Assembly (NCBI RefSeq): GCF_006345805.1
Contig: NW_021826064.1
Coordinates: forward strand, 1-13,735
Reading direction: 5' to 3'
Origin: Octopus sinensis
Lineage: Eukaryota
DNA length: 13,735 bases
Each line of letters begins with the position of its first letter. Within the stretch, counting starts at the first letter, position 1. Of the stretch, positions 1-8,735 are shown piece after piece. Both the position numbers and the translations under genes were made by a program. The notes under the pieces are model-generated. The model saw only the letters and a list, made by a program, of their open reading frames with translations, was not told where the DNA came from and searched no databases.

Positions 1-115
1 TTCAGGTTCGATCAATTAAGTACCAGGTGAGTTCTGGGATCAATATTGGGGTCAATGATCAACTTACCCCCTCCACACAAATTTCAGGCCTTGTGTCTAT
101 AGTAGAAAGGATTTT
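1..115 (+). mobile_element. SINE family 3, 3' part (cut by window edge)
   Basis: Similar by eye to 459-631 and to the reverse complement of 8736-8944 (AAGTACCAG...GGGGTCAA...CAACTTACCCCCTCC...GGCCTTGTG). Confidence 0.75.
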
Positions 116-186
116 ATTAGCATCATTGTTGAGTAATTCTTTCTATGATCTTTGTTATTCTTTGTTAAAAATAAAGAAATTGTATT

Positions 187-458
187 CTGAGTGACGGGGA
201 CATAAACACACCAGCATCGGTTGTCAAGCAGTGCTAGGGAGACAAACACAGACACACAAACACACACACACACATATATATATATACATATATACGACAG
301 GCTTCTTTCAGTTTCCGTCTACCAAATCCACTCACAAGGCATTGGTCGGCCTGGGGCTATAGCAAAAGATACTTGCCCAAGATGCCACGCAGTGGGACTG
401 AACCCGGAAACATGTGGTTGGTTAGCAAGCTACTTACCACACAGCCACTCCTATGCCT
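187..458 (-). mobile_element. tRNA-derived CORE-like SINE family 1, copy A (3'-truncated)
   Basis: The minus strand reads A-box TGGCTGTGTGG, B-box GGTTCAGTCCC and core-like ATCTTGGGCAAGTATCTT, then an internal (TA)/(TG) tract. Near-identical to 8474-8735. Confidence 0.9.
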
Positions 459-631
459 AATGACATTTCATCCATCCTTATGCTCTGAGTTCAAATTCTG
501 TTGTGCTCAGCTTTACCTTTCATCCTTTTGGGGTTGGTAAGATAAATACCAGCTGAACACAGGGGTCAAAGTAATCAACTTATCCTCTTCCCAAAAATTA
601 CTGGCCTTGTGCCAAAATTTAAAAACCAATA
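459..631 (+). mobile_element. SINE family 3, 5'-truncated copy
   Basis: B-box-like GAGTTCAAATTC and tail GGCCTTGTGCCAAAATTT; aligns with the reverse complement of 8736-8944. Confidence 0.8.
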
Positions 632-716
632 TACTTACTTGTTGGTTTCCCAATATGCTGAATGGTTTACAGTTGTCGTCTTGTTCACCCCAGAAAAAAT
701 TGGTTGTGCGTCAGTG

Positions 717-937
717 TACAAGTGGGTGTTGGAAAGTTCCTGTCTTTGAGGGTATCATGAAAAGCCTGGTTAGAGGCCCAACCTTCTGAGTTCTTTTGAA
801 GTGCTTAGAAAAAATTGAAGAACCACTGCAAAAGGTTTGTGAATCTGAGAGGGAAATATGTTGGATAAAATCATAATTAACTGATCCTCCTGCATTTTCT
901 TCTATCCAAAGCCAGGAACATTTCAGCACTCTTTGTA
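717..937 (+). mobile_element. Tc1/mariner MITE (internal deletion derivative), copy 1
   Basis: TA at 717-718 and 936-937 flanks ~30-bp imperfect TIRs (CAAGTGGGTGTTGGAAAGTTCCTGTCTTTG versus reverse-complemented right end CAAAGAGTGCTGAAATGTTCCTGGCTTTG). The interior encodes a decayed AWLEAQPSEFF...NLRGKYVG*, resembling a mariner transposase C-terminus. Paralogous to 2136-2357. Confidence 0.85.
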
Positions 938-949
938 AACATATATATA

Positions 950-1325
950 TTTATTCTCCTTCTCCTGTCTTTTACTGTTTATATTTTGTACTGTCGTTAC
1001 TGTCCTGTTTTTGTTACCATTTTTACCCTTCCGCAAAAAAGATCTCAAATTTTATTTAATTTGATTTTCGCGGGAAGGAAAGTTTCTATCGAAGATGCAT
1101 ATCGCCTTCGCCTTCGAAACGCAGAGTAGATGAAACCATGGCAACTGAAGAAGGGGAATTTTCCTTGTGTTATTTGTCCTGTACTATATTTTTCGTTGTT
1201 TAAGAAAAATGTCCATTTCCTTGGTTTTGTGTTTATGTTTTCGTTTCTCATTGTGTTCGACGTTTTTTTGGTGTCCTGTATATATATGCACGTATATATA
1301 CATGTAGAGGTAGGTACGTACATAT
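950..1325. repeat. Probable interspersed repeat of unknown class, bounded by (TA)n tracts
   Basis: CpG-rich block in a CpG-poor background, flanked by TA microsatellites, with an internal hairpin at 1082-1120. Resembles a repeat I recall from octopus DNA; there is no second copy in the window. Confidence 0.4.
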
Positions 1326-1364
1326 ATGTATGTATATATACATATGTTTTATTTATAAATTTAT

Positions 1365-1395
<31 letters not shown>

Positions 1396-1396
1396 A
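1326..1396. repeat. (TA)n-rich microsatellite
   Basis: Visible tandem TA/ATAT units. Confidence 0.9.
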
Positions 1397-1492
1397 GTAT
1401 TTTAAAGTATACTATAACATGCAATAAGACTAAAGTACATAAGAATTAATTATAAATTACTTAAACATTTAAAAAAAATATATATACCTTAC

Positions 1493-1503
1493 CTGTCAAT
1501 AGT
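1493..1503 (-). other. Candidate 11-nt microexon (ACTATTGACAG)
   Basis: Minus strand: ttttcttctttccctacag|ACTATTGACAG|gtaagg, giving a strong polypyrimidine tract, a CAG acceptor and a CAG|GTAAG donor. Confidence 0.5.
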
Positions 1504-1711
1504 CTGTAGGGAAAGAAGAAAATATTAATCAATGCTACACGTGTTTCTGCCCTGGTGGTTTGTTTTACCAGGCTATACCTAATACATAAATACGCCAGTG
1601 CATCCTCAGGCTATTTCCCTCTTTTTATTATTATTATTAACAGATCCAACTTAATCCTACAAATTCTAAATATGAGAGTGTGTGTGTGTGTGTTTATATA
1701 TATTATATACA

Positions 1712-2072
1712 TATGGGTGCCACTGCATAGTGCCAAGGACTCCAAATTTGCCATCAAGATGTAGGACAAGATACTGTGATAGCCTGGGCTTGCGAGGCCC
1801 ACAGCTCTTCAATATCCTCCCGAAGAACCTAAGAGACCTGCATGGGGTGGATGCAGATGTCTTTAAAATAAAATCAGATCTCTTCTTGTCGGGTGTCCCA
1901 GATGAACCAACTTCACGGCAGGAGGTGCAGATGAGGGCAGCTGCATCGAACTTTCTCATGCTCCAAATAGCAATTGCTAAAAAGCATTCGTGAAGTAAAA
2001 TCATGTAGCAACACCAAAAGGCGGTGCCCCAGCATGGCCACAGCTCGTGAGCTGAAACTAGATAAAAAAAAA
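1712..2072 (+). mobile_element. Non-LTR retrotransposon (LINE) 3' fragment: ORF2 C-terminus, 3' UTR and A-rich tail
   Basis: Frame 1712-1993 encodes ...DSLGLRGPQLFNILPKNLRD...VFKIKSDLFLSGVPDEP...RAAASNFL, a post-RT C-terminal pattern typical of CR1/L2/Jockey-group LINEs. It is followed by a short UTR, a hairpin motif (2019-2060) and poly(A). The 5' end is truncated. Clade not established. Confidence 0.8.
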
Positions 2073-2135
2073 ATTAAATTAAAAAAATATATAAACACAC
2101 ACACACACACACACACATACACATTTGTATGTATG

Positions 2136-2357
2136 TACGAGGGGGTTGCTGAAAAGTTACTGATTTTAAGAGCATCGTGAAAAGCCTGGTTGAAGGCCCA
2201 ACCTTCTGAGTTCTTTTGCAAAGCTTGGAAAAACTGAGGAACTGCTGCAATAAGTGTGAGAATCTGAGAGGGGAATATGTTGAATGAAATCATAATTAAC
2301 AAATCTTCCTGTATTTTCTGTTACCCAAAGGCAGGAACTTTTCAGTACCTCCTTGTA
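2136..2357 (+). mobile_element. Tc1/mariner MITE, copy 2
   Basis: TA at 2136-2137 and 2356-2357. TIRs are CGAGGGGGTTGCTGAAAAGTTACTGATTTT versus reverse-complemented CAAGGAGGTACTGAAAAGTTCCTGCCTTT. Positions 2228-2287 translate to EKLRNCCNKCENLRGEYVE*, matching the mariner C-terminal KC...G[DEN]YVE* pattern. Confidence 0.9.
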
Positions 2358-3064
2358 CATTATAACACAGCGTCTCAATTTCAATACATGTATCACAAAA
2401 ATCTATATTCTACTAACTTTGACAAGACTATAGCTACTACAACTAGCAATTGTACAGTGTCAATTTAACTTAAAAACATACCCACACAGCAGTAATCCTT
2501 CAGGGGAAACCTCGATAAGATTTATTGAATCTAACAAGTTAATTGAGGTTGAAAAATCATAAATTACCGGTCATTTTATTTTATTTGATATTTCTTTCTT
2601 TCACCATTTGTTTCTCTAGAGAGTAGGGGAGGGGCAGAGGGGAAAAAGAAGTGTTGGGGGATTCTTGTTTTTTTTTTTGTTCAGAATTTTTATTTTTGCT
2701 TTTATTTTCAGTTTTTTTTAAATTTTTTAATATTTTCAGAAGTGATTCACACAAAAATCTCAATGTTTTGTTTTCACAGTACTACTTTAGGATGATCTCT
2801 ATACTTTATTTAATTTTGCCTTATTGTTTTATATATGATTTTTTTTTTTTAATTCTGAGAAACTAGCTATTCATAAAACGCATGAAAGAGGAATCTCACT
2901 AAAAGACTACCATTTAGTCCCAAAATTAAAATTTGAAGTCCTTTGTTGTTTGGTTTATTTATTTATTTCATTTCTAATTTTCTTTTATTTTTCCTTCAAA
3001 CTTTTGTTCTCATATTTGTTTATTCTTCCTGTATTTCAAAAACACAGATTATAAAAGATAGAGT

Positions 3065-3065
<1 letters not shown>

Positions 3066-3125
<60 letters not shown>

Positions 3126-3130
3126 TTTCT
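3066..3130. repeat. (TTTC)n microsatellite
   Basis: Direct tandem units. Confidence 0.95.
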
Positions 3131-3349
3131 TTTCTGTCTCTTTCTCTTTATTATTTTTTCTTTCATAAAGCCAATATTTTTAGGGGAATCTGGCTTAATT
3201 TGGTGTAAAATACCTCCTCTTTTCCCCTTTTGTTTTGTAACATCATCATAAGATTTTAATGAAACCCAAACCAGGGGTCCTTAGGAACAGACATATTTAT
3301 GGCCCCACAGTTAGTAGGTAAGCTGTTACTAACTCTATAAACATCTCAC

Positions 3350-3384
3350 CCACCACATCCACCGTCTCTCCAGTTAAGGAGGAG
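3350..3384 (-). other. Candidate 35-nt exon
   Basis: Minus strand: poly(T)-atctctacccctccatggcatgtcag|CTCCTCC...GTGGTGG|gtgaga. Open in two of three frames. Confidence 0.3.
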
Positions 3385-3571
3385 CTGACATGCCATGGAG
3401 GGGTAGAGATAAAAAAAAAAAAAATAAAAAATAAAATAAAATAAAATAAAAGCAAAAAAAAAAATACAGAAAGAAGACTAAACATCTCATTGATTCAATT
3501 AGTCTCTGTCATTTGTAGTATAGCTTTTTCCATTAAACTAGCTCTCTGATGATAAAATAAGCCACTGCTAA

Positions 3572-3632
3572 TGCTGTTGTTACTGCTGCTGCTGCTGTTG
3601 CTGCTGCTGTTGCTGCTGCTGTTGCTGCTGCT
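3572..3632. repeat. (GCT)n with periodic GTT interruptions
   Basis: GCTGCTGCTGTT 12-bp higher-order unit repeated about 3-4 times. Confidence 0.9.
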
Positions 3633-4007
3633 ACCACTCACTTTCTCTACCCTCTCTCCCTTTCCTGCCTTGTCTTCTTCAGTTTTCTGTTTCTATTCTT
3701 CCTATCGATTTCTCTCCTAAACCCCTTCCACCTCCCTATTGTTCTCACTATTTTTATTCTCTTCTTGCATATATACCATTTTCTTTCTTTTATCTTTTTT
3801 AGTTTTCACCTTCTCTCTCTTTCTCTCTCCCTCTTTCTTTCTTTCTTTCTTTCTTTCTCTCTTTCTTTCATTGTATCCTTGCTCATCTTCCTCCCCCAAT
3901 CCCCTCTACTGTTGCCTCCAGTTTCCAAATTCCTTTAATTTTCACTCTTTACTGCCAATATCCTCAACTTTCTCTCTTTCTCTTTCACTATTTCCTCTCA
4001 CTCTCTT

Positions 4008-4009
<2 letters not shown>

Positions 4010-4078
<69 letters not shown>

Positions 4079-4103
4079 GTCAGTCAGTCGATCTGTGAAT
4101 TTG

Positions 4104-4140
<37 letters not shown>

Positions 4141-4149
4141 TTATCAATC

Positions 4150-4197
<48 letters not shown>

Positions 4198-4217
4198 ACT
4201 CTCTATCTATCCATCCC

Positions 4218-4263
<46 letters not shown>
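4010..4263. repeat. (CTAT)n interrupted tetranucleotide array
   Basis: Long ATCT/CTAT tandem runs in several blocks. Confidence 0.95.
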
Positions 4264-4999
4264 ATTTACCAAAATCCTTTCTTGCAGTCATTTCACTTCA
4301 TTTACATCAAAGAAAAAAAATGGATGAATGCCACATAATCTCATCTACTTCCCCTCTTGCTTTGCCCTATAAGTCTGACACATCATGTCTATCCAAAGAA
4401 ATCAATAGTCTATGGAATTTGGAACTTCCTGCAGAGTAGGAAGTTATATCTTATCATGCATGACACATTATAGGAAGCATGCTTCCATGTGATTCAGATT
4501 CTAAATTCTTCATGTGCATAGCAATCCAATACTTTGACACCGAATCTTGCTACTCGCAACAAACATAACAACTGTGAAATTTTAACAATTTAAGTATTTC
4601 TATTTTGTGGTGATGGTGGTGGAGTTGGTGGTGGTGTTGGTGGTGGTGTTAGTGTCAGGGAATCAAGGCTTAGTTTTAAAAAACAAACAAAACAAATAAA
4701 CAGAAGCAGAACAAAAAAAAATGAAGAAAGTAAAATAACCTTTTGTATCACCAATAAAACTTTTAACCAAATATTGTCATAAATTTATGGTAATATTATA
4801 TACCACATGACATCATAAATATCTGTATCATGTACTATACGAGATCATGGACCACGTATATGATAAATTGAATGTACTGTTGACAGCAGTGTGATATCCT
4901 GAATGAGATGTATCATACATTGGATGTGTTATAAACTATTTGATATCATGAGCAAAATGCATGTGAGCCTGGTGGAATCATACATCACATATAGTCATG

Positions 5000-5345
5000 G
5001 ATCACACAGACACACACACACACAATACACACACACATACCCTGCACACACATACACACATGCATGAATGCGCATATGCACACCATGCATACACACACAC
5101 ACCATGCACACACACACACACATGCACACACATGCACACACATACACATGTACACACACACACACAAACACACACACACGCACGCACACACGCCCGCACA
5201 CATACACACAATCACACATATATACACACACACACACAATCACACATACACACACACATCCTGCACACACATGCATCCATGCACACACACACACACAAAC
5301 ATACACTCACACTCACACACACACACACATACACACACACACACT
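5000..5345. repeat. Complex (CA)n-derived purine-pyrimidine array
   Basis: CA units interspersed with TA, TG, CG and ATGC; source of the HT/CV pseudo-ORFs. Confidence 0.95.
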
Positions 5346-5346
5346 G

Positions 5347-5490
5347 AGGCAGTGACATAGCTGTCTGATTAAATTTCAGTCCCACTGCAAAGCAAATTGT
5401 GTAGGTGTCTCCTATGCATTCCCTGGTATAACTAAACACTTGTGAGTGAATTTGGTAGCCACAAACTGAAAGAGACCTACTGTATATATG
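5347..5490 (+). mobile_element. SINE family 1, degenerate copy G
   Basis: Retains TTCAGTCCCACTGC and TTGTGAGTGAATTTGGTAG...AACTGAAAG, followed by a TA/TG tract. Confidence 0.65.
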
Positions 5491-5540
5491 TCAGTGTGTG
5501 TGTGCATGTGCATTGCTGTGGCTTTGCTTTGACCTTGAAT

Positions 5541-5750
5541 CATCACTACTTAACATCTGTTTTCCATGCTGGCATGGATTGAATGACTTGACTGAAAGTA
5601 GAAAGGCATGGGGCTGCACTGGGTTCCATTGTCTGTTTAGGCATGGTTTCTACAACTAGATGCCCTCCTAACATCATCCACCTTACAGAGTGTACTAGGT
5701 GCTGTTTATGTGGCACCATCACCCACACCAATGCTTTTTATGTGGAATGT
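5541..5750 (-). mobile_element. (GAT)n-tailed repeat (family 4, probable SINE), copy a
   Basis: The minus strand has AGGAGGGCATCTAGTTGTAGAAA and tail CCATGCCAGCATGGAAAACAGATGTTAA...GATG; aligns with 12125-12215 and with the tail of 5880-6077. Confidence 0.7.
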
Positions 5751-5879
5751 TGGTTTTAGGATCTCAATTCTGCTGTGATCGGCAGGTCTTCCTGAGTACA
5801 GTACTGCACCAAATATCATCTCCTTCATAGGGCTCAGCATTTTGAGACCGATCTTCAGTACTAGCATGATAGTTGTAGA

Positions 5880-6077
5880 TGAGTTTCACTGTCATGTAAG
5901 TGGCGTCTTTCATTTCCAATCTTCTGTAAAAACATTTCTGGCCTTGGAGAAATATTACCTTACATAGAAACAGGTGAAGGTTAATGACAGGAAGGTTATC
6001 CAGTTGTAAAAAATGTATCAACAAATTCCATCTGACCCATGCAAGTATAAAAAAGTGGATGTTATAATGATGATGAT
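5880..6077 (+). mobile_element. (GAT)n-tailed repeat (family 4), copy b
   Basis: AGGAAGGTTATCCAGTTGTAAAAA, tail CCCATGCAAG...GGATGTT-ATGATGATGAT; the upstream part aligns with the reverse complement of 9752-9846. Confidence 0.7.
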
Positions 6078-6206
6078 ATGTACATATATAAATATCACAA
6101 AATGGATGATTTTGAGCCTTATCTTTGCTTATGCATAAAAACATTTATAAAGCCATTATATGATACACTGAATATATCATATGATTTATGATATATATAT
6201 GTGTAT

Positions 6207-6395
6207 AGGCATGGATGTGTAGCTCCGGAGTTTGCTTTATGATTATGATGGAGCTTGCTTTGTAATGATGGGGTTTATTTCATACCAATGGGGTTGCAAG
6301 TTCATCTCACTGCATAGTAACTTCGTCTTCTACTGTAGTATTGGGCCAACAAATACCTTGTGAATGGAAATGGTAGACAAAAAACTCATGGAAGT
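6207..6395 (+). mobile_element. SINE family 1, degenerate copy H
   Basis: Retains AGTTCATCTCACTGC, GTCTTCTACTGTAG and CCTTGTGAATGGAAATGGTAGAC. Confidence 0.6.
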
Positions 6396-6696
6396 AGGGC
6401 ATGTCTATGTGTGTGTATGAAGGTTTAGGAAACAGCTACAGCATTGTGATGAAATTTTGGTGACATTCCTTGCTAACACATCCTGTAGCTCTACTCTTTC
6501 GAAGATGAGATAAAAAGTCAAAGAAATGCCTTATTTGACAAACAGGCTAAAGTTAGTGGCAGAGAGAGCATCCAGTTGTTAAAAATATTTCATCACTAAG
6601 TATTCAACCAACCCTTGCTTACATGATAAAATGAATGCAAAAAGAACAAGTAAACAAATTTACATAAACACAATATATATATATATATATATATGC

Positions 6697-6847
6697 ATAA
6701 ATAAAGTAGGTATCAGAATACCACTTGCTAGAAAGAGGAGCCAACACTCCAAAACCATTCATGTTTGTTAATAGTGGGCAACTTGTGGATTTGGAGTGTT
6801 GGACCCCCTTTCTAGCAAGTGGTATTCTAATACCCTACTTTATTTAT
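6697..6847. mobile_element. Foldback / MITE-like long inverted repeat
   Basis: Arms 6697-6757 and 6786-6847 are reverse complements with few mismatches, including an identical AGAATACCACTTGCTAGAAA and CCAACACTCCAAA; 28-nt spacer. Confidence 0.75.
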
Positions 6848-6890
6848 TTGAATATTTTACCTATATAGGTTAAACTTGATGGCCACTTCA

Positions 6891-6896
6891 TTATTA

Positions 6897-6929
<33 letters not shown>

Positions 6930-6982
6930 GTAGCAGTAGTAGTAGTTGTAGTTGTAGTAGTAGTAGTAGTAGTAGTAGTAGT
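6891..6982. repeat. Compound (ATT)n-(AGT)n microsatellite
   Basis: Direct tandem units switching from ATT to AGT. Confidence 0.95.
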
Positions 6983-7495
6983 GCCTTTGCACAGCCTTTA
7001 ATGTGTGCATACTATATCTACTTGTGTTTATGTTGCATCCCTAATTTGACATTAAATCTTGATACTAATATTTTTCTTGTCTTACATATAAAATGCGTCC
7101 CAGTTTCTTTTTAGTGGAAACCAAGAATAAAATAGTGTGACTTACACACAAGTAAATATAGTGTGTGTGTGTGCGTGCATGCATGTGTGTGAGTGTGTGT
7201 GAGTGTGCTTAGGGATGAGATTATATGGGTGCATATATATTACATATATAGGAATAGATAGCTATTTGCATATTATACACCACATACATACATATATGTG
7301 TGTGTGTGTGTGTGTGTGTTTGTGCACAAACAACCAATAAGAAATTTGGAGCAATGTCATGTGCACAATGAGTATGACTTGTTTCCTTTTGTTGCATACT
7401 GCAACGCATAACACAAACACCCACAGCTTGTGATACATTCATTCAATGAAAATTGTGGCAATTCCAATCTGTGTACCTAATCGAACTATCTAGAA

Positions 7496-7888
7496 CCACA
7501 CTTTTTAACCTGGGGATAATTTCCTCCCAGGGGGAAATTCCAGAATATCAGGGAGAAAACTGGGGATTCCAGTGGGGAAATTGATTTTACAATGAAAGTT
7601 ATCAATATTTGCACTGTTTCCCCCTTGCCTTTTTTTTTTTTTTTTTTTGCCAGATTTTTTTTTCTTTTTTTTTTTGATTTTAAAGACGTTAATGTGAAAT
7701 TAGCATGAGACTGTTAATTGTATGCAATGAATGTTGTATACAAGACTACTTTTCTTTTTATATATATCATATGTGAGAATGTGTGTACATGTATGTGTGT
7801 CTGTGTGTGGAGGGAAAGGGGGAATTGATATGGTAGATTTGGTTAAGTAGGAAGAATACAGTTTAAAAAAAAAGGGTTAGAAACATTG
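7496..7888. mobile_element. hAT (Charlie-like) non-autonomous element
   Basis: 8-bp flanking direct repeat ATCTAGAA (7488-7495) / ATCCAGAA (7889-7896) fits the NTCTAGAN Charlie target preference. The right end reverse-complemented is CAATGTTTCTAACCC and the left end is a decayed CCACACTTTTTAACCT. G-run-rich subterminal regions are present. Confidence 0.65.
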
Positions 7889-8001
7889 ATCCAGAATATT
7901 TTATCTTGAAGGTATAAATAGGAGCTCTAAAAATCTATAGAACTTAATTTCTCTAGTGCAAACACAAACTTAAGTATCTAAATACTAAATATACATATAT
8001 T

Positions 8002-8322
8002 GTGAGGGCGCGTGGCTTAGTGGTTAGGGCATTCGGCTCATGATCGTAAGGTTGTGAGTTCGATTCCCGGCGACGCGTTGTGTCCTTGAGCAAGACACTT
8101 TATTTCACGTTGCTCCAGTCCACTCAGCTGGCAAAAATGAGTTGTACTTGTATTTCAAGGGTCAGCCTTGTCACTCTCTGTGTCACGCTGATTATCCCCG
8201 AGAACTACATTAAGGGTACACGTTTCTGTGGAATGCTCAGCATTTGCACGTTATTTCACGAGCAAGCTGTTCCGTTGATCGTATCAGCTGGGACCTCGTC
8301 GTCGTAACCGGCGGAGTCTTTA
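8002..8322 (+). mobile_element. tRNA-derived SINE family 2, full-length and apparently young
   Basis: A-box TGGCTTAGTGG (8013-8023), B-box GAGTTCGATTCC (8056-8067), core-like GTCCTTGAGCAAGACACTT, many intact CpGs, and an 11-bp direct repeat ATACATATATT at 7991-8001 and 8323-8333. Confidence 0.88.
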
Positions 8323-8333
8323 ATACATATATT

Positions 8334-8735
8334 ACTCTTTACTCTCTTTTACTTGTTTCAGTCATTTGACTGCGGCCATGCTGGAGCACCACCTTTAGTT
8401 GGGCAAATCGACCCCAGGACTTATTCTTTGTAAGCCTAGTACTTATTCTATTGGTCTCTTTTGCCGAACCGCTAAGTGACGGGGACGTAAACACACCAGC
8501 ATCGGTTGTCAAATGACGTTGGAGGGACAAACACAGACACACAAACTCACATACACACATATATATATACATATATATGACAGGCTTCTTTCAGTTTCCG
8601 TCTACCAAATCCACTCACATGGCTTTGGTCGGCCCAAGGCTACAGTAGAAGACACTTGCCCAAGGTGCCATGCAGTGGGACTGAACCCGGAACCATGTGG
8701 TTGGTTAGCAAGCTACTTACCACACAGCCACTCCT
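8334..8735 (-). mobile_element. SINE family 1, copy B (near full-length)
   Basis: A-box (8720-8730), B-box (8677-8687), core-like ACCTTGGGCAAGTGTCTT, internal microsatellite, 3' double hairpin and AAAAGAG-type tail; aligns end to end with 12658-13107. Confidence 0.92.

Noticed and set aside
221-460. Similar ORFs at 221-460, 8513-8737 and 12750-12932 suggesting a gene family
   Set aside because: They are antisense translations of family-1 SINE copies.
3572-3632. Poly-Q (minus) or poly-A/L tract of a protein
   Set aside because: No supporting splice sites or ORF context; one of many intronic-type microsatellites.
3717-4290. ORFs with FLSF/YLSI/ERKK repeats
   Set aside because: Products of CT-rich and (CTAT)n microsatellites.
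4985-5360. Six overlapping ORFs rich in HT/CV dipeptides
   Set aside because: Translations of the (CA)n array, which lacks stops in all frames.
5764-5930. Minus-strand exon candidate (tttttacag|...KDATYMTVKLIYNY...)
   Set aside because: The acceptor lies inside the family-4 repeat and there is no convincing donor before the stop.
8004-8077. tRNA-Met-like gene (CT-CAT-GA loop, A/B boxes)
   Set aside because: Acceptor and anticodon stems pair poorly, and the sequence continues into a SINE body bracketed by a TSD.
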